Part shown: piece by piece, positions 41,314 through 51,862 of the stretch
Layout: each line of letters opens with the position of its first letter
How positions within the stretch are numbered: the stretch's first letter is position 1
DNA from: Geopsychrobacteraceae bacterium
Lineage (GTDB): Bacteria > Desulfobacterota > Desulfuromonadia > Desulfuromonadales > Geopsychrobacteraceae
Assembly (NCBI GenBank): GCA_963676795.2
Contig: CAXXTB010000002.1
Coordinates: 288,001-352,000 of the forward strand
DNA length: 64,000 nt
Reading direction: 5' to 3'
Notes under the pieces: generated by a model
What the model was told of the DNA's origin: nothing
The model's input: the letters and a program-made list of their open reading frames with translations, nothing else
Databases searched by the model: none
Made by a program: the position numbers and the translations under genes

Positions 41314-42138
41314 ATGCTCACATCCATACTCTGCCTCGGCGGCATCGGTCTGATCGCCTCACTGACCTTAGGCTTTGCCGCCAAGAAATTCGCCGTTGAG
41401 GTCGATCCCCGCGAAGCGGCCATCTTAGACGCCCTGCCTGGGGCCAACTGCGGGGCCTGCGGCCAGGCCGGCTGCTCCGGTTACGCCAAGGCCGTCGCCG
41501 AAGGGCGCCTTGCGCCCAATCTCTGTACCCCGGGCGGCAGCAGTACCCTGGAAGCGATCGCCGCCATCCTTGGTATCGAAGCCTCAGCCGCCGAACCGGT
41601 CGTCGCCGTGGTCAAGTGCCAGGGGGATAATGAGAAAGCCATGCCTAAGTACCAGTACCTGGGGCTCACCGACTGCAACGCCGCCCAGAAAATCGCCGAC
41701 GGCCCCAAGGCCTGCCCCGGCGGCTGCCTGGGCTTAGGTTCCTGCGAGCGGATCTGCCCCTTTGACGCCATCCATATCAATGACAAGGGGCTCGCCGTTG
41801 TCGACCGCAACAAATGTACCGGCTGCGGCAAGTGCGTCTCCGTCTGCCCGCGCGGTGTCATCAGCCTGGCCCCTAAATCGGTCACCACCCATGTCCTGTG
41901 CAACAGCCACGACAAGGGCGCTCTGGTTCGCAAATACTGCCAGGTCGGCTGTATCGGCTGCATGATCTGCAAGAAGACCGTCCCCGAGGGTTATGTCATC
42001 GAGAACTTCCTGGCCAGTGTCGTCTACGAGAAGCCGGAAGGGATCGAAGCCGCCATCGGGAAGTGCCCGATGAAATGTATCCATGACTACGCTACTCCTG
42101 CCCAAAAAACTGCAGTCGAGCCCGATAGCGCCGCTTAA
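41314..42138 (+). CDS. rnfB: Rnf complex subunit B (polyferredoxin)
   Basis: LPGANCGACGQAGC FeS domain and several CxxCxxCxxxCP motifs. Confidence 0.92.
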   Translation: MLTSILCLGGIGLIASLTLGFAAKKFAVEVDPREAAILDALPGANCGACGQAGCSGYAKAVAEGRLAPNLCTPGGSSTLEAIAAILGIEASAAEPVVAVVKCQGDNEKAMPKYQYLGLTDCNAAQKIADGPKACPGGCLGLGSCERICPFDAIHINDKGLAVVDRNKCTGCGKCVSVCPRGVISLAPKSVTTHVLCNSHDKGALVRKYCQVGCIGCMICKKTVPEGYVIENFLASVVYEKPEGIEAAIGKCPMKCIHDYATPAQKTAVEPDSAA

Positions 42139-42153
42139 AGCGAGGTACCCCCC

Positions 42154-43470
42154 ATGTCACTGAAAACCTTCGCCGGTGGACTCCATCCACCCGACAGTAA
42201 AAGCTACTCCGAGCACAAGGCGATTGAAGCTTGCCCGCTGCCCGAAGAACTGGTCATCCCGGCCATGCAGCATATCGGCGCCCCCGCCGAGATCTGTGTG
42301 GGTAAGGGCGACCTGGTCAAAAAGGGCACAGTCATTGCGAATGCCAAAGGCTTCGTCTCGGTGCCGATCCATGCCTCGACCTCAGGCGAAGTCATCGCCG
42401 TCGAGCCGCGCATGCATCCAAGCGGCAAGCTGCTGCCCGCCGTCGTCATCAAGCCGGACGGCGAAGATGCCTGGGATGAAAGCCTTAAAGGCGGTAACCC
42501 CGACGATCTCGACGCAGAAGCCCTCAAGAAGAAGATCCTCGCCTGCGGTATTGTCGGCCTGGGCGGTGCCACCTTTCCGGCCCACGTCAAGCTCTCGCCA
42601 CCGGCCGACAAGAAGATCGATACTTTGATTCTCAACGGCGTCGAGTGTGAGCCATACCTGACCGCCGACCACCGCCTGATGCTGGAAGAGAGTGAGCGCC
42701 TGATCGACGGGATCAACATCCTGCGCAAGGTGCTTGGCATCGAGCGTGCCGTCATCGGCATCGAATCGAACAAGCCGGACGCCATCGCCAAGCTCGGCAA
42801 GGAATGCATCGCCCACAAGATCGAGGTCGTGCCCTTAGAGGTCAAATACCCGCAGGGCGCCGAGAAGCAGCTGATCGACGCCGTCACCGGCCGTCAGGTG
42901 CCATCCGGTGGCCTGCCGATGGACGCCGGTGTCGTGGTTCAGAACGTCGGGACCGCCGCCGCTGTCAGTGACGCCATCCGTCTGGGTCACCCGCTGGTCG
43001 AGCGGATCGCCACCGTCACCGGCCCCGGTATCAAAGACCCGAAAAACCTCAAAATCGCCGTCGGCACCCCCTTGCAGCATCTGGTCGACCAGTGTGGCGG
43101 CCTTGTTGGTGAGCCGGGCAAGATCATCATGGGCGGGCCGATGATGGGCCAGACCCAGCTCTCGCTGGAGGCCCCGGCGATCCGCGGCACCTCCGGACTG
43201 TTGATCTTCCGTAAGGAGGATATCGACACCAAACCGGCCGGTCCCTGTATCCGCTGCGGGCGCTGCGTCAGTGTCTGCCCGATCCACCTGCAGCCGACCC
43301 TGCTGGCCGCTTACGCAAGGCTCGATCTGATCGACGAAGCCGAAAGAGCTAACGCCCTCGACTGTATCGAGTGCGGCTGCTGTACCTATATCTGCCCGGC
43401 GACATTGCCGCTGGTGCAATCGATCCGCTACGCCAAGGGCGGCATTATGGCCAAGAGAAGGAAATCCTGA
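42154..43470 (+). CDS. rnfC: Rnf complex subunit C
   Basis: QHIGAP, GLGGATFP, NGVECEPYLTAD, YPQGAEKQL, CIRCGRC, CIECGCC. Confidence 0.95.
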   Translation: MSLKTFAGGLHPPDSKSYSEHKAIEACPLPEELVIPAMQHIGAPAEICVGKGDLVKKGTVIANAKGFVSVPIHASTSGEVIAVEPRMHPSGKLLPAVVIKPDGEDAWDESLKGGNPDDLDAEALKKKILACGIVGLGGATFPAHVKLSPPADKKIDTLILNGVECEPYLTADHRLMLEESERLIDGINILRKVLGIERAVIGIESNKPDAIAKLGKECIAHKIEVVPLEVKYPQGAEKQLIDAVTGRQVPSGGLPMDAGVVVQNVGTAAAVSDAIRLGHPLVERIATVTGPGIKDPKNLKIAVGTPLQHLVDQCGGLVGEPGKIIMGGPMMGQTQLSLEAPAIRGTSGLLIFRKEDIDTKPAGPCIRCGRCVSVCPIHLQPTLLAAYARLDLIDEAERANALDCIECGCCTYICPATLPLVQSIRYAKGGIMAKRRKS

Positions 43471-44462
43471 TGAACAACCAGCTCTATCTGTCATCCTCAC
43501 CCCATATTCACAGCGGCGAGACCACCGACAAGATCATGCGCCTGGTCATCTACGCCCTGGTTCCAGCCGTGCTCGTCTCGCTCTACAGCTTCGGCCTGCC
43601 GGCATTGATCGTTATCCTGATCTGCACCATCGGCTGCGTCGTCTTCGAAGCCCTGGCCAACAAGGCGATGAAACGCTCCTGCACCATCAAGGACGGCTCC
43701 GCCGCCTTGACCGGCATCCTGCTGGCGCTCAACCTGCCGCCGACCAGCCCCTGGTGGCTGGCACTTTTGGGAGCCGCCATCGCCATCCTGATCGGCAAGC
43801 AGGTCTACGGCGGACTGGGGAGTAACCCGTTCAACCCGGCCCTGGTCGCCCGGGTTGTGCTCTTGATCTCCTTCCCGGTGCAGATGACCGCCTGGACGGC
43901 GCCTGCGATTTTAAGCACCAGGCTCGACGGTATCTCCATGGCGACCCCCTTAGGGCTGGCCAAGGAAGGGGTCATGCTCACCGGCCAGCTGCCTGAGATC
44001 GTCCATACGGGTCTGCTCGACTTCTTCCTCGGCAACAGCGCCGGCTCTCTGGGTGAGATGTCGGCCATTGCCCTGCTGCTCGGCGGCCTGTTCCTGCTCT
44101 TTAAAAAGGTTATCAGCTGGCACACCCCGGTCGCCTATATCCTGACCGTCGTCATCTTCAGCGGCATCTTCTGGCTGGTTGACCCCACCAAATACCCGAG
44201 CCCGCTGTTTCACCTGTTCACCGGTGGTCTGATGTTAGGGGCCTTCTTCATGGCGACCGACATGGTCACCACCCCTGTCACCGGCCGCGGCATGCTGATC
44301 TTCGGTTTCGGCTGCGGGATCCTCACCGTGCTGATCCGTCTGTTCGGCGGCTACCCGGAAGGGGTTTCCTTCGCCATCCTGCTGATGAACGCCGCCACGC
44401 CACTGATCGACCGCTATACCCGTCCGAAGATCTACGGACAGGTGGCACCACAGAAGGCTTAA
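43470..44462 (+). CDS. rnfD: Rnf complex subunit D
   Basis: SSSPH, GGLGSNPFNPA, SMATPL (FMN Thr), FFMATD; start overlaps the rnfC stop. Confidence 0.95.
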   Translation: MNNQLYLSSSPHIHSGETTDKIMRLVIYALVPAVLVSLYSFGLPALIVILICTIGCVVFEALANKAMKRSCTIKDGSAALTGILLALNLPPTSPWWLALLGAAIAILIGKQVYGGLGSNPFNPALVARVVLLISFPVQMTAWTAPAILSTRLDGISMATPLGLAKEGVMLTGQLPEIVHTGLLDFFLGNSAGSLGEMSAIALLLGGLFLLFKKVISWHTPVAYILTVVIFSGIFWLVDPTKYPSPLFHLFTGGLMLGAFFMATDMVTTPVTGRGMLIFGFGCGILTVLIRLFGGYPEGVSFAILLMNAATPLIDRYTRPKIYGQVAPQKA

Positions 44463-44474
44463 GGGGAGAGACTC

Positions 44475-45074
44475 ATGAAAGACATCATCAAACTGCTCGT
44501 CGCCCTGACCCTTATCGCTGCAATCGCCGGCCTGGTCCTCTCGGTTGTGGAAAAAGCGACCCGCGAACCGATCGCCGCCCAGCGCAAGGCGCAGATGGTC
44601 AAAGCCTTAAGTGCCGTGCTGCCGGACTTCGATAACAGCCCCGACGCCGATAGCGTGGTTCTTGAGAACGGCGTCGACAAGAAGGGTAATCCGGTCCTTA
44701 TCACCTTCTACCGCGCCCGCAAGAATAACGAACTGGTCGGTACCGCGTTCAAGATGATCGCCCCGGAAGGGTACAGCGGCAATATCGAGATCATGATCGG
44801 GGTGAAACCGGATCAGAGCATCAACGCTATCGAGATCCTCACCCACGCCGAAACACCGGGGTTGGGGAGCAAGATCGCGGAAGGCTGGTTCAAAGAGATG
44901 TTCCAGGGCAAGAGCCTTGAGAACGCCGACTGGCGGGTCAAGAAGGACGGCGGCGAGTTCGACCAGATCTCCGGGGCGACCATCTCGCCACGCGCCGTGG
45001 TCGGGGCACTCAAGGCCGGTCTTGAATTTTACCGTGACAACAGTCAGAGAATCACAGAAGGAGGCGTCCAATGA
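44475..45074 (+). CDS. rnfG: Rnf complex subunit G
   Basis: GYSG.I, ETPGLG, DQISGATIS (FMN-binding Thr). Confidence 0.94.
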   Translation: MKDIIKLLVALTLIAAIAGLVLSVVEKATREPIAAQRKAQMVKALSAVLPDFDNSPDADSVVLENGVDKKGNPVLITFYRARKNNELVGTAFKMIAPEGYSGNIEIMIGVKPDQSINAIEILTHAETPGLGSKIAEGWFKEMFQGKSLENADWRVKKDGGEFDQISGATISPRAVVGALKAGLEFYRDNSQRITEGGVQ

Positions 45075-45661
45075 GCCTGATGCAGGATTTTACCAAAGGG
45101 ATCTGGACCGAGAACGCCGTCTTCAAACTGCTGCTCGGGATGTGTCCGACCCTGGCGGTCACCACCAGTGCTGAAAACGGCATCGGCATGGGACTGGCAA
45201 CCACCTTCGTCCTGATCTGTTCGAATATCGTCGTTTCGTTACTTAGAAAGCTGATTCCATCCGGCGTGCGTATCCCGGCCTTTATCATCATCATCGCCTC
45301 CTTCGTCACCGTCGTGCAGCTGGCGATGGAAGCCTGGATCTTTGATCTCTACCAGGCCCTTGGCATCTTTATCCCGCTGATCGTCGTCAACTGCCTGATC
45401 TTAGGCCGCGCTGAAGCCTTCGCATCGAAGAACGGCACCTTACGTTCGATCTTCGACGGGGTCGGCATGGGGATCGGCTTCACCCTGGCGCTGTTTATCT
45501 TAGGGGCTGTTCGCGAACTGTTCGGTGCCGGTTCGATCTTAGGTTTCACTATCTTCGGCGGTTCCTACCAGCCGATGCTGCTGATGATCCTGCCACCGGG
45601 CGCCTTCATCACCCTGGGGCTCTTGCTGGCGCTGATGACCAGGTGCGGACAGAAGGGGTAG
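45071..45661 (+). CDS. rnfE: Rnf complex subunit E
   Basis: LLGMCPTLAVT, IPLIVVNC..LGRAEAFA, PPGAF. Confidence 0.94.
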   Translation: MSLMQDFTKGIWTENAVFKLLLGMCPTLAVTTSAENGIGMGLATTFVLICSNIVVSLLRKLIPSGVRIPAFIIIIASFVTVVQLAMEAWIFDLYQALGIFIPLIVVNCLILGRAEAFASKNGTLRSIFDGVGMGIGFTLALFILGAVRELFGAGSILGFTIFGGSYQPMLLMILPPGAFITLGLLLALMTRCGQKG

Positions 45662-45682
45662 GGGGAAGGCTGTATTTTGGAT

Positions 45683-46480
45683 ATGCGTAATGATAAATGT
45701 AATGCGGTTGAGAAGGCGCTGAAAATCCTTTTGTTTTTTGCCCATGACAATACGCCAATCGGAACCAGCGCTTTGGCTGAAGCTGTCAACCTTAATAAGG
45801 CAACGACAAGCCGTTTATTGATAACTTTGAAAAATTATGGGTTTTTGAATAAGGATTCTGAAACGTCAAAGTACAGCCTTGCCGGCGCCACTGTTTCCCA
45901 ATTCTGGCACTCTGTGACCAGGGATCTTGATGGTCAAAGTATCATTATTGCCCAACCTTTCTGTGATCAGTTAAGGGATGCGATCTCCGAAACCGTTCAT
46001 TTTGAAATTCTTTCTGGCAGTCATATGTTTTTGGCATATGCAGCTCGTTGCCACAACCCGATATCTGTCTCCATATCGATTGGTGACCGGGTACAGCCTC
46101 ACACCCACGTCGGAGCCAAGTGTATTGCCGCGTATTCTCACCCCCATCTCGTCAGGAAGTGGCTTGGGCGATGTTTGTCAGACAGCTCCAAGATTGATAG
46201 CCTGTTTGAGGAATATCGCCAAATTTTGTTGCGACGGATTTCTATCGATGACGGGCAGTTTGACAGAAATATCTTTGCAATAGCTGCCCCTGTTTTCGAC
46301 AGGAACAGCCGGGCAATTGCCAGTGTCGTTGCTTTGGCGCCTCTTCAAAGAAAAGAACGTTTGATGTCTTCTGCTGTCATTGACTCCATGAGGGATACTG
46401 CACGGAAAATTTCAACAAATCTGATGTGCCCAGATGAATATGATGAGTTATGCGAAATGTATTCAATGAATTATATGTAG
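45683..46480 (+). CDS. IclR-family transcriptional regulator
   Basis: AVEKALKIL..LNKATTSRLL.TL HTH; ETVH, G.R...H...GAK, AIAAPVFD effector domain. Confidence 0.88.
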   Translation: MRNDKCNAVEKALKILLFFAHDNTPIGTSALAEAVNLNKATTSRLLITLKNYGFLNKDSETSKYSLAGATVSQFWHSVTRDLDGQSIIIAQPFCDQLRDAISETVHFEILSGSHMFLAYAARCHNPISVSISIGDRVQPHTHVGAKCIAAYSHPHLVRKWLGRCLSDSSKIDSLFEEYRQILLRRISIDDGQFDRNIFAIAAPVFDRNSRAIASVVALAPLQRKERLMSSAVIDSMRDTARKISTNLMCPDEYDELCEMYSMNYM

Positions 46481-46998
46481 GGTGCCCTGCTGAGCAATAT
46501 TGAATTTTCAAATATCTGCTTGTTTGTACCGAAATGCAAGACCTCGTGGTGTGATCAATATTATTCCGACAATCACCAACCTTGCAAAGATTGCTTTACG
46601 CCGTATCGAGACACAGTAATTTCCAAGGTGTCGACTCCGTTTATGCCCCTTTTGATCAAAGATGCAGTTCGCTAGATCTTGCTGAACCTGTATTGCCTGC
46701 GGTTTTTTTTCAATGACATAGATCCCTGTGCGGAAGAAAACAAGGAGCAGGTAGGGGACTTTGACCTGTTGCTGTATTTTCCTGGGCTTTGATCGTTATA
46801 TTTGGACATCAATAAGATATATGCACATTAACAAGGCCAATCGGAAGGTTTTTTGATTGGTCTTGTTGGTGTGTGAAAATACTCACTGGTCGTTATATAA
46901 AACGATAGTCACTATTTTTGGTCGCGAAATATAGTGGTCCAGCCTGTGCAGAAGGTGTGAACGACGTGATATCAGACATTTAACGAACATTTATCGGA

Positions 46999-47014
46999 TG
47001 GCACGTTTTCTGCT
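46999..47014 (+). promoter_or_regulatory. Sigma-54 -24/-12 promoter
   Basis: TGGCACGTTTTCTGCT (GG-N10-GC), upstream of 47093. Confidence 0.8.
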
Positions 47015-47092
47015 GAAGAAGTTGTAACGAAAATACGGTTTTCCTGCCGTAATATCATTGAACTCGGCTTACCGAGAAACAAGGAGGTTGCA

Positions 47093-49108
47093 ATGTCAAA
47101 ACTTTATCCATCCTACCAGAACCCATATCTAATCGACGCCGAACGTCCCATGCCGGACGAAATGGCAGTGATCGGGGCGGGCCACATCGGGCCGGACATC
47201 GCCTATTTTCTGCGTACCGGACTGCCGGAGAAGAAGCTTTATCTTGTCGATGTAGCTGAAGAGCCGTTGAAAAAGGCCGAGGAGCGTTATAAGACCTATG
47301 CGGCCAAAGCCGTTAAGATGAAAAAGATGTCTCAGGAAATGGCAGACAAGGTTCTGAGTAACATTGTTTACACCACAGACTATAATGACATTAAAAATTG
47401 CGGTCTGGTCATTGAGGCAGCCACCGAAAACCTGCCATTGAAGAAGAAGATCTTCAGCACTTTGGAAGAGATCTGTGATGAAAAAGCGATCCTGACTTCC
47501 AACACCAGTGGTATTCCGGCCAATGACATCTTCACTCACCTGAAGCATCCGGAACGCTGTACAATCACTCACTTTTTTGCTCCAGCCTGGCGCAGTCTGC
47601 CGGTTGAGATCATCAACTGGGAAGGGGCGTCTGACGATCTGATCAATTACCTGTTGTGGTTCTTTGCGAATGTCGGCAAAGCTCCTGTGGTGACAGCCAA
47701 TGTCTTCTCGTTCCTGTTGAATCGTATTTTTGAACCATGGACCAGTGAAGCGGCTTATCTGCTCGATAGAGCAACCACCCAGCAGGTTGACCATGTCTGT
47801 GAAGACATTACCGGTAGTGGACCTTTCTTTGTTCTCGATTTTGCCGGCGGCAACCCACTGACCTACTCATCCCAGCTGCGCAGGACGAGCGAGCGCCAGT
47901 GCTACAAGCCTTCGCCATTGTTGCTTTCTGTCAAGTCATGGAATGTCAATAAGATCGGCACCAAGGTCGACGTACCTCTGGACCTGAAAGACTGGATCCG
48001 GACCCGTATGCTGGGTTGTGCCTTTTCTCAGGCCTTTGAAATTGCCGATCGCAATATCGGCACTCGTCAGGATCTGAACTTTGGCAGCATGATTGCCCTG
48101 GCTTTCAAAAAGGGTCTTTTTGAATTGATGGAAGATCTGGGTGAGCGTGAAGTCATGCGTATTGTTGAAGACTTCAACAAGGAACGTCCCGGCTGGCCTC
48201 AGCCAAAGCGCTCCATTGCCGAATACACCGATTTTGCACGTGATATTCTGATTGATGATAAGGACGGCGTTCGGATTATTACCATCCGTCGTCCTCAGGC
48301 CGCCAACAGCCTGAGTGCTTACACCTGTGACGAAATTCTGAAGGAACTGAAAAAAGGTGAGGCTGACGCATCTGTCAAAGGTTTTGTCATTACCGGTTAC
48401 GGCACTAAAGCTTTCTGTGCTGGTGCTGACATCAATGGCTTTATCGCTACTATTGATGATTATGCCGCAGGCATGCAGCTTTCACGCGGAAACAGCAAGC
48501 TGATTGAATACCTTGACACCATGAACAAGCCGGTTGTTGCTGCAGTTAACGGTCTGGCAATGGGTGGCGGTGTCGAACTGGCTACCGCATGTCATAGCAT
48601 GGTCTTTGACAAGAAGGCATTCTTCCAACTGCCGGAGCTGACTCTGGGAATCTTCCCAGGTATGGGCGGCGCTGTTCTTCCTTACCGCAAATGGCCACAT
48701 GCAGCTGAGAAGTTCCATGCCATGATCGGTCAGGGTGAGCGACTGACCTGCAAAGAGGCTGATGAGCTCGGCATGGTAGCTGCGGTCACAGGTGATTACA
48801 AGGAAATGATTGCAGCCGCGATCAAGGAAGTTGGCCGCCTGGAAGGCAATGTTCCTCGGATCACCTCTGGTCCGGTTGCTATCCCTGAATTTGTCGTGCC
48901 TGATGAGCCTAAAGCAGGTGATCTGCCACTGAGTAAAGAGGCTTTGGGAATCGTCGGAAGTGTTATTAATGAAGGTGCGGCAGCTGACAGCTTCAAAGCA
49001 TCCATGGAAATCACTTATCATTACTCTGGTGTGATCTCCTGCTCAGATGCGCCGAAAGAAGGTGTTTTCGCGTTCCTGGAGAAGCGTAAGCCTGAATTCA
49101 AGAAATAA
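47093..49108 (+). CDS. 3-hydroxyacyl-CoA dehydrogenase / enoyl-CoA hydratase fusion, copy 1
   Basis: GAGHIG, VIEAATE, SNTS, HFFAP; C-terminal crotonase AFCAGADI, GGGVELA, LPELTLGIFPG. Confidence 0.88.
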   Translation: MSKLYPSYQNPYLIDAERPMPDEMAVIGAGHIGPDIAYFLRTGLPEKKLYLVDVAEEPLKKAEERYKTYAAKAVKMKKMSQEMADKVLSNIVYTTDYNDIKNCGLVIEAATENLPLKKKIFSTLEEICDEKAILTSNTSGIPANDIFTHLKHPERCTITHFFAPAWRSLPVEIINWEGASDDLINYLLWFFANVGKAPVVTANVFSFLLNRIFEPWTSEAAYLLDRATTQQVDHVCEDITGSGPFFVLDFAGGNPLTYSSQLRRTSERQCYKPSPLLLSVKSWNVNKIGTKVDVPLDLKDWIRTRMLGCAFSQAFEIADRNIGTRQDLNFGSMIALAFKKGLFELMEDLGEREVMRIVEDFNKERPGWPQPKRSIAEYTDFARDILIDDKDGVRIITIRRPQAANSLSAYTCDEILKELKKGEADASVKGFVITGYGTKAFCAGADINGFIATIDDYAAGMQLSRGNSKLIEYLDTMNKPVVAAVNGLAMGGGVELATACHSMVFDKKAFFQLPELTLGIFPGMGGAVLPYRKWPHAAEKFHAMIGQGERLTCKEADELGMVAAVTGDYKEMIAAAIKEVGRLEGNVPRITSGPVAIPEFVVPDEPKAGDLPLSKEALGIVGSVINEGAAADSFKASMEITYHYSGVISCSDAPKEGVFAFLEKRKPEFKK

Positions 49109-49136
49109 TTGATAGTCGATTTATAGTGATAATGTT

Positions 49137-49181
49137 TAGGCTGGTTCCGTGTCGCTCGGCATGGAACCAGCCTATTTGTTT
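49137..49181 (+). terminator. Intrinsic terminator after 47093-49108
   Basis: taggctggttccgtg..catggaaccagccta then tttgttt. Confidence 0.7.
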
Positions 49182-49395
49182 AGAGTACGCCGGTCATCAT
49201 GTTTACCTCTTGTTTGGTTATGGATTAATAGAAAAAGAACATTAGACTCCTGGGTGGGGGAGTGCGATGTTGGTCCAGAAGGTTCAGCTCTATGTCTGCA
49301 TGTGTTTATTGATGCAACAGAGCTTTTCAATACAGCATCTGGGAAAACAGCTATTGTGATAAGTGATGTAGTAGCCGATTTTGTAAGTGAGTGTC

Positions 49396-50316
49396 ATGGA
49401 AGTCATCAGTCGTGTCGTAGATATTCCGGACTGTATCGTCAGCAGTGTTGTGACTATCGGTACCTTTGATGGGATTCATTTGGGACATCAGGAACTTCTC
49501 CGCCAATTGGTGTCAAGAGCTAGAGGCAGGGAGTCTTTGGCGATCGTATTCAGTTTTTCAACGCATCCATCAACTCTTGTTTCCTCAGCACGTTCTCCCC
49601 TGTTTATATCGAGTTCATCTGAAAAACGTAAACTGATCGAAGAATGTGGAGTTGATGTATTGATCGACGTTCCCTTTACCCAGGAGTTGGCCGCTTGCCA
49701 TCCTCGGGCCTTTGTGGATCGCGTTCTGTTGAATAAGCTGAGGATGCGTGAGTTTGTTGCTGGTTACGATTGCGCCTTTGGCCGGAATCGTCAGGGAACG
49801 GTTGAGTTCTTGCGCGATTATGGAAAAAAACGTGATTTTGATGTTCATGCTTTGAGGCCATTATACAAGGCGGGATCCATCTGCAGTTCGACAAGGATTC
49901 GCAATTCAATTCTGAACGGTGATGTGGCTGAAGCCGCAACCCTGTTGGGAAGACCTTATTCGATAGAAGGAAATCTAAGTTCTTGCGGATTCCTTATGGC
50001 TCAGGTCCGCACAGACTCAAGGCTCTTGCCAAACTCAGGGCTATACGCGGTTAAAGTTCGATCGGCAAGTAAGGTTTCAGCTGCTTTGCTGGTTGTGAAA
50101 TCCCGTAATGGTGATAGCGCGTTGTCTGAACTTGAGCTGTTTTGTCTTGATCTGGATGGAAAAAATGACAATCAGTCGGTTGGGCTCTTTTTTTATAAAA
50201 AAATTGAGCTGGAAGCGTTGGCGGGCTTTTCGGGCTTCGATCATCCGACTGGGAGAGAAAATAGAACCCCTGAGATTTTTCCATGCCTCAATGCGAGATC
50301 TTCACTCCTGAAATAA
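49396..50316 (+). CDS. RibF-like FAD synthetase with a degenerate riboflavin-kinase half
   Basis: TIGTFDGIHLGHQ, G.D..FG, SSTRIR, LLGRPY present; the kinase GFPTAN and E.H motifs are absent. Confidence 0.75.
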   Translation: MEVISRVVDIPDCIVSSVVTIGTFDGIHLGHQELLRQLVSRARGRESLAIVFSFSTHPSTLVSSARSPLFISSSSEKRKLIEECGVDVLIDVPFTQELAACHPRAFVDRVLLNKLRMREFVAGYDCAFGRNRQGTVEFLRDYGKKRDFDVHALRPLYKAGSICSSTRIRNSILNGDVAEAATLLGRPYSIEGNLSSCGFLMAQVRTDSRLLPNSGLYAVKVRSASKVSAALLVVKSRNGDSALSELELFCLDLDGKNDNQSVGLFFYKKIELEALAGFSGFDHPTGRENRTPEIFPCLNARSSLLK

Positions 50317-50590
50317 AACAACATAGTGTCTTTAGACAAATCAAGCGATCTTTCACAATAGAAGACATATTTCTCCCTTTAACTGGGTTATGGGTGTTTA
50401 AAACTGGCGATAATGTCTCTTCGGCTCTTCAGGCTGAGAGCAGGTCTACCTTACGGGCCATGTCTTAAACGGTATTCGCATCGAGTGGCGGTGACGATCA
50501 AGCTGATCATCTGCTGTTGCAGTGACGATTAAATTGCGGCCATCTCGATGCGAAGGGATGTTGCTTTAAATCCTGTGTCTACTGGTCTGC

Positions 50591-51862
50591 TTATGCGGCA
50601 GTTTGGTACTGACTCTCGCAGGCAAAGACGCGGTTTTTGTCAAAGTGACCTCCCGATTTATACCAGCCGTAAAACAGTTTCAGAAACTTGCGCATAACAG
50701 CGGTCATGGCCTTGGTGCCCGACATTCCATGGGCCTTCTTGTTGTGATAATAAGCCCCGTAGAGTGCCTTTTTCTTCACCAGGGGCAGGACTATCTGGCT
50801 AAGAACCTTGCGTAATAGGCTGCGTCCCTTTTTGCTGAGCTTATTCTTGCCGCGATAGGTTCCGCTCTGCTTCTCACGAATGTTCAAACCGGCGTAGCGC
50901 ATGAACTTGCGCAGGGTTTCGAAATCGCTGACCGGGCCGGTTTCAGCAACAATGCGGGCCAGGTGAAAGGTGGAGATAACACCCTGCTGCTGTTGCGGCA
51001 AATGAGGATCGAACCGACAGAGCTCCTCATAAAGAGTTTCCATCTGCTGCTTGGCCTCGTCTTTGCGAAGTTGATGCCTCTGGCAATCGTCCCACAATTG
51101 CCGGAAACGCCATTGTTGAATCTCCACCAGCCGTGAGCTGCTTTGATTACGGACCGAACTCTGTGCCTGACTGTAGAGCCTGTCCAAAGTCGTTTGACGA
51201 ATACGAGGGACAACCTGTTTCATCCGCTGGCAAAAGCGCTCTTTGTTCTCGGCAACAATACACAAGGGGTTCATGCCGTAGAGATCGACCAGTGCCGCTC
51301 CCGAACGAGTGTAGAGAAAGTCCTTCTGAAAGTCATAATCGGGAAACAGGACCTTGAGCTGACTGGCCAGCAGGCATTTGGTGCGCACGCATTCAACATC
51401 GGCCTGTTCATACAGTGCATGCCATTGTCGCAACAGAGCGTAGGATTCATCGTAATGGCGGCAGATGAGGGTTTTGCCCATACTCGCAAGGGTATGAATG
51501 ACATGGGGATCTTTCAGATCCGTTTTGCCTGAGTCATTGGTTTCGATAGACCGCATTTTAAACACCGCTTCGCCGGAGACCCAGGCTGTTAGCAAACCAA
51601 GCCGGTGCGCTGTTGCCAGCAAGCTCATGTGATAACAGCCGGTCGGTTCACAGACCACGAGAAGCTGTGAGTATCCGGCCATAAGAGCGCGATGCCTCCA
51701 GATAATAAGCTGTTTTTCTATCTCCGGTGTCGCATTGCAGAACTCATGATCGGTTAACCGGCCGGTAATTTTGGTGGCCATGTTCAGAGTTTTCTTACTG
51801 ACATCGAAAGCCAGAATTGCAACTGAATGATTTTCTTGAGCAGTCTTTATGGTACTCTTCAT
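50591..51862 (-). mobile_element. IS110-family transposase/recombinase gene; element probably ~50323-51979
   Basis: DEDD RuvC-like residues (AFDVSK, VCEPTG, KTDLKD), AETG, YAGL...QSG (Ser), LSKKG; ends not firmly defined. Confidence 0.88.

Noticed and set aside
49175..49395. FMN riboswitch upstream of the ribF-like gene
   Set aside because: The RFN consensus blocks are not found.
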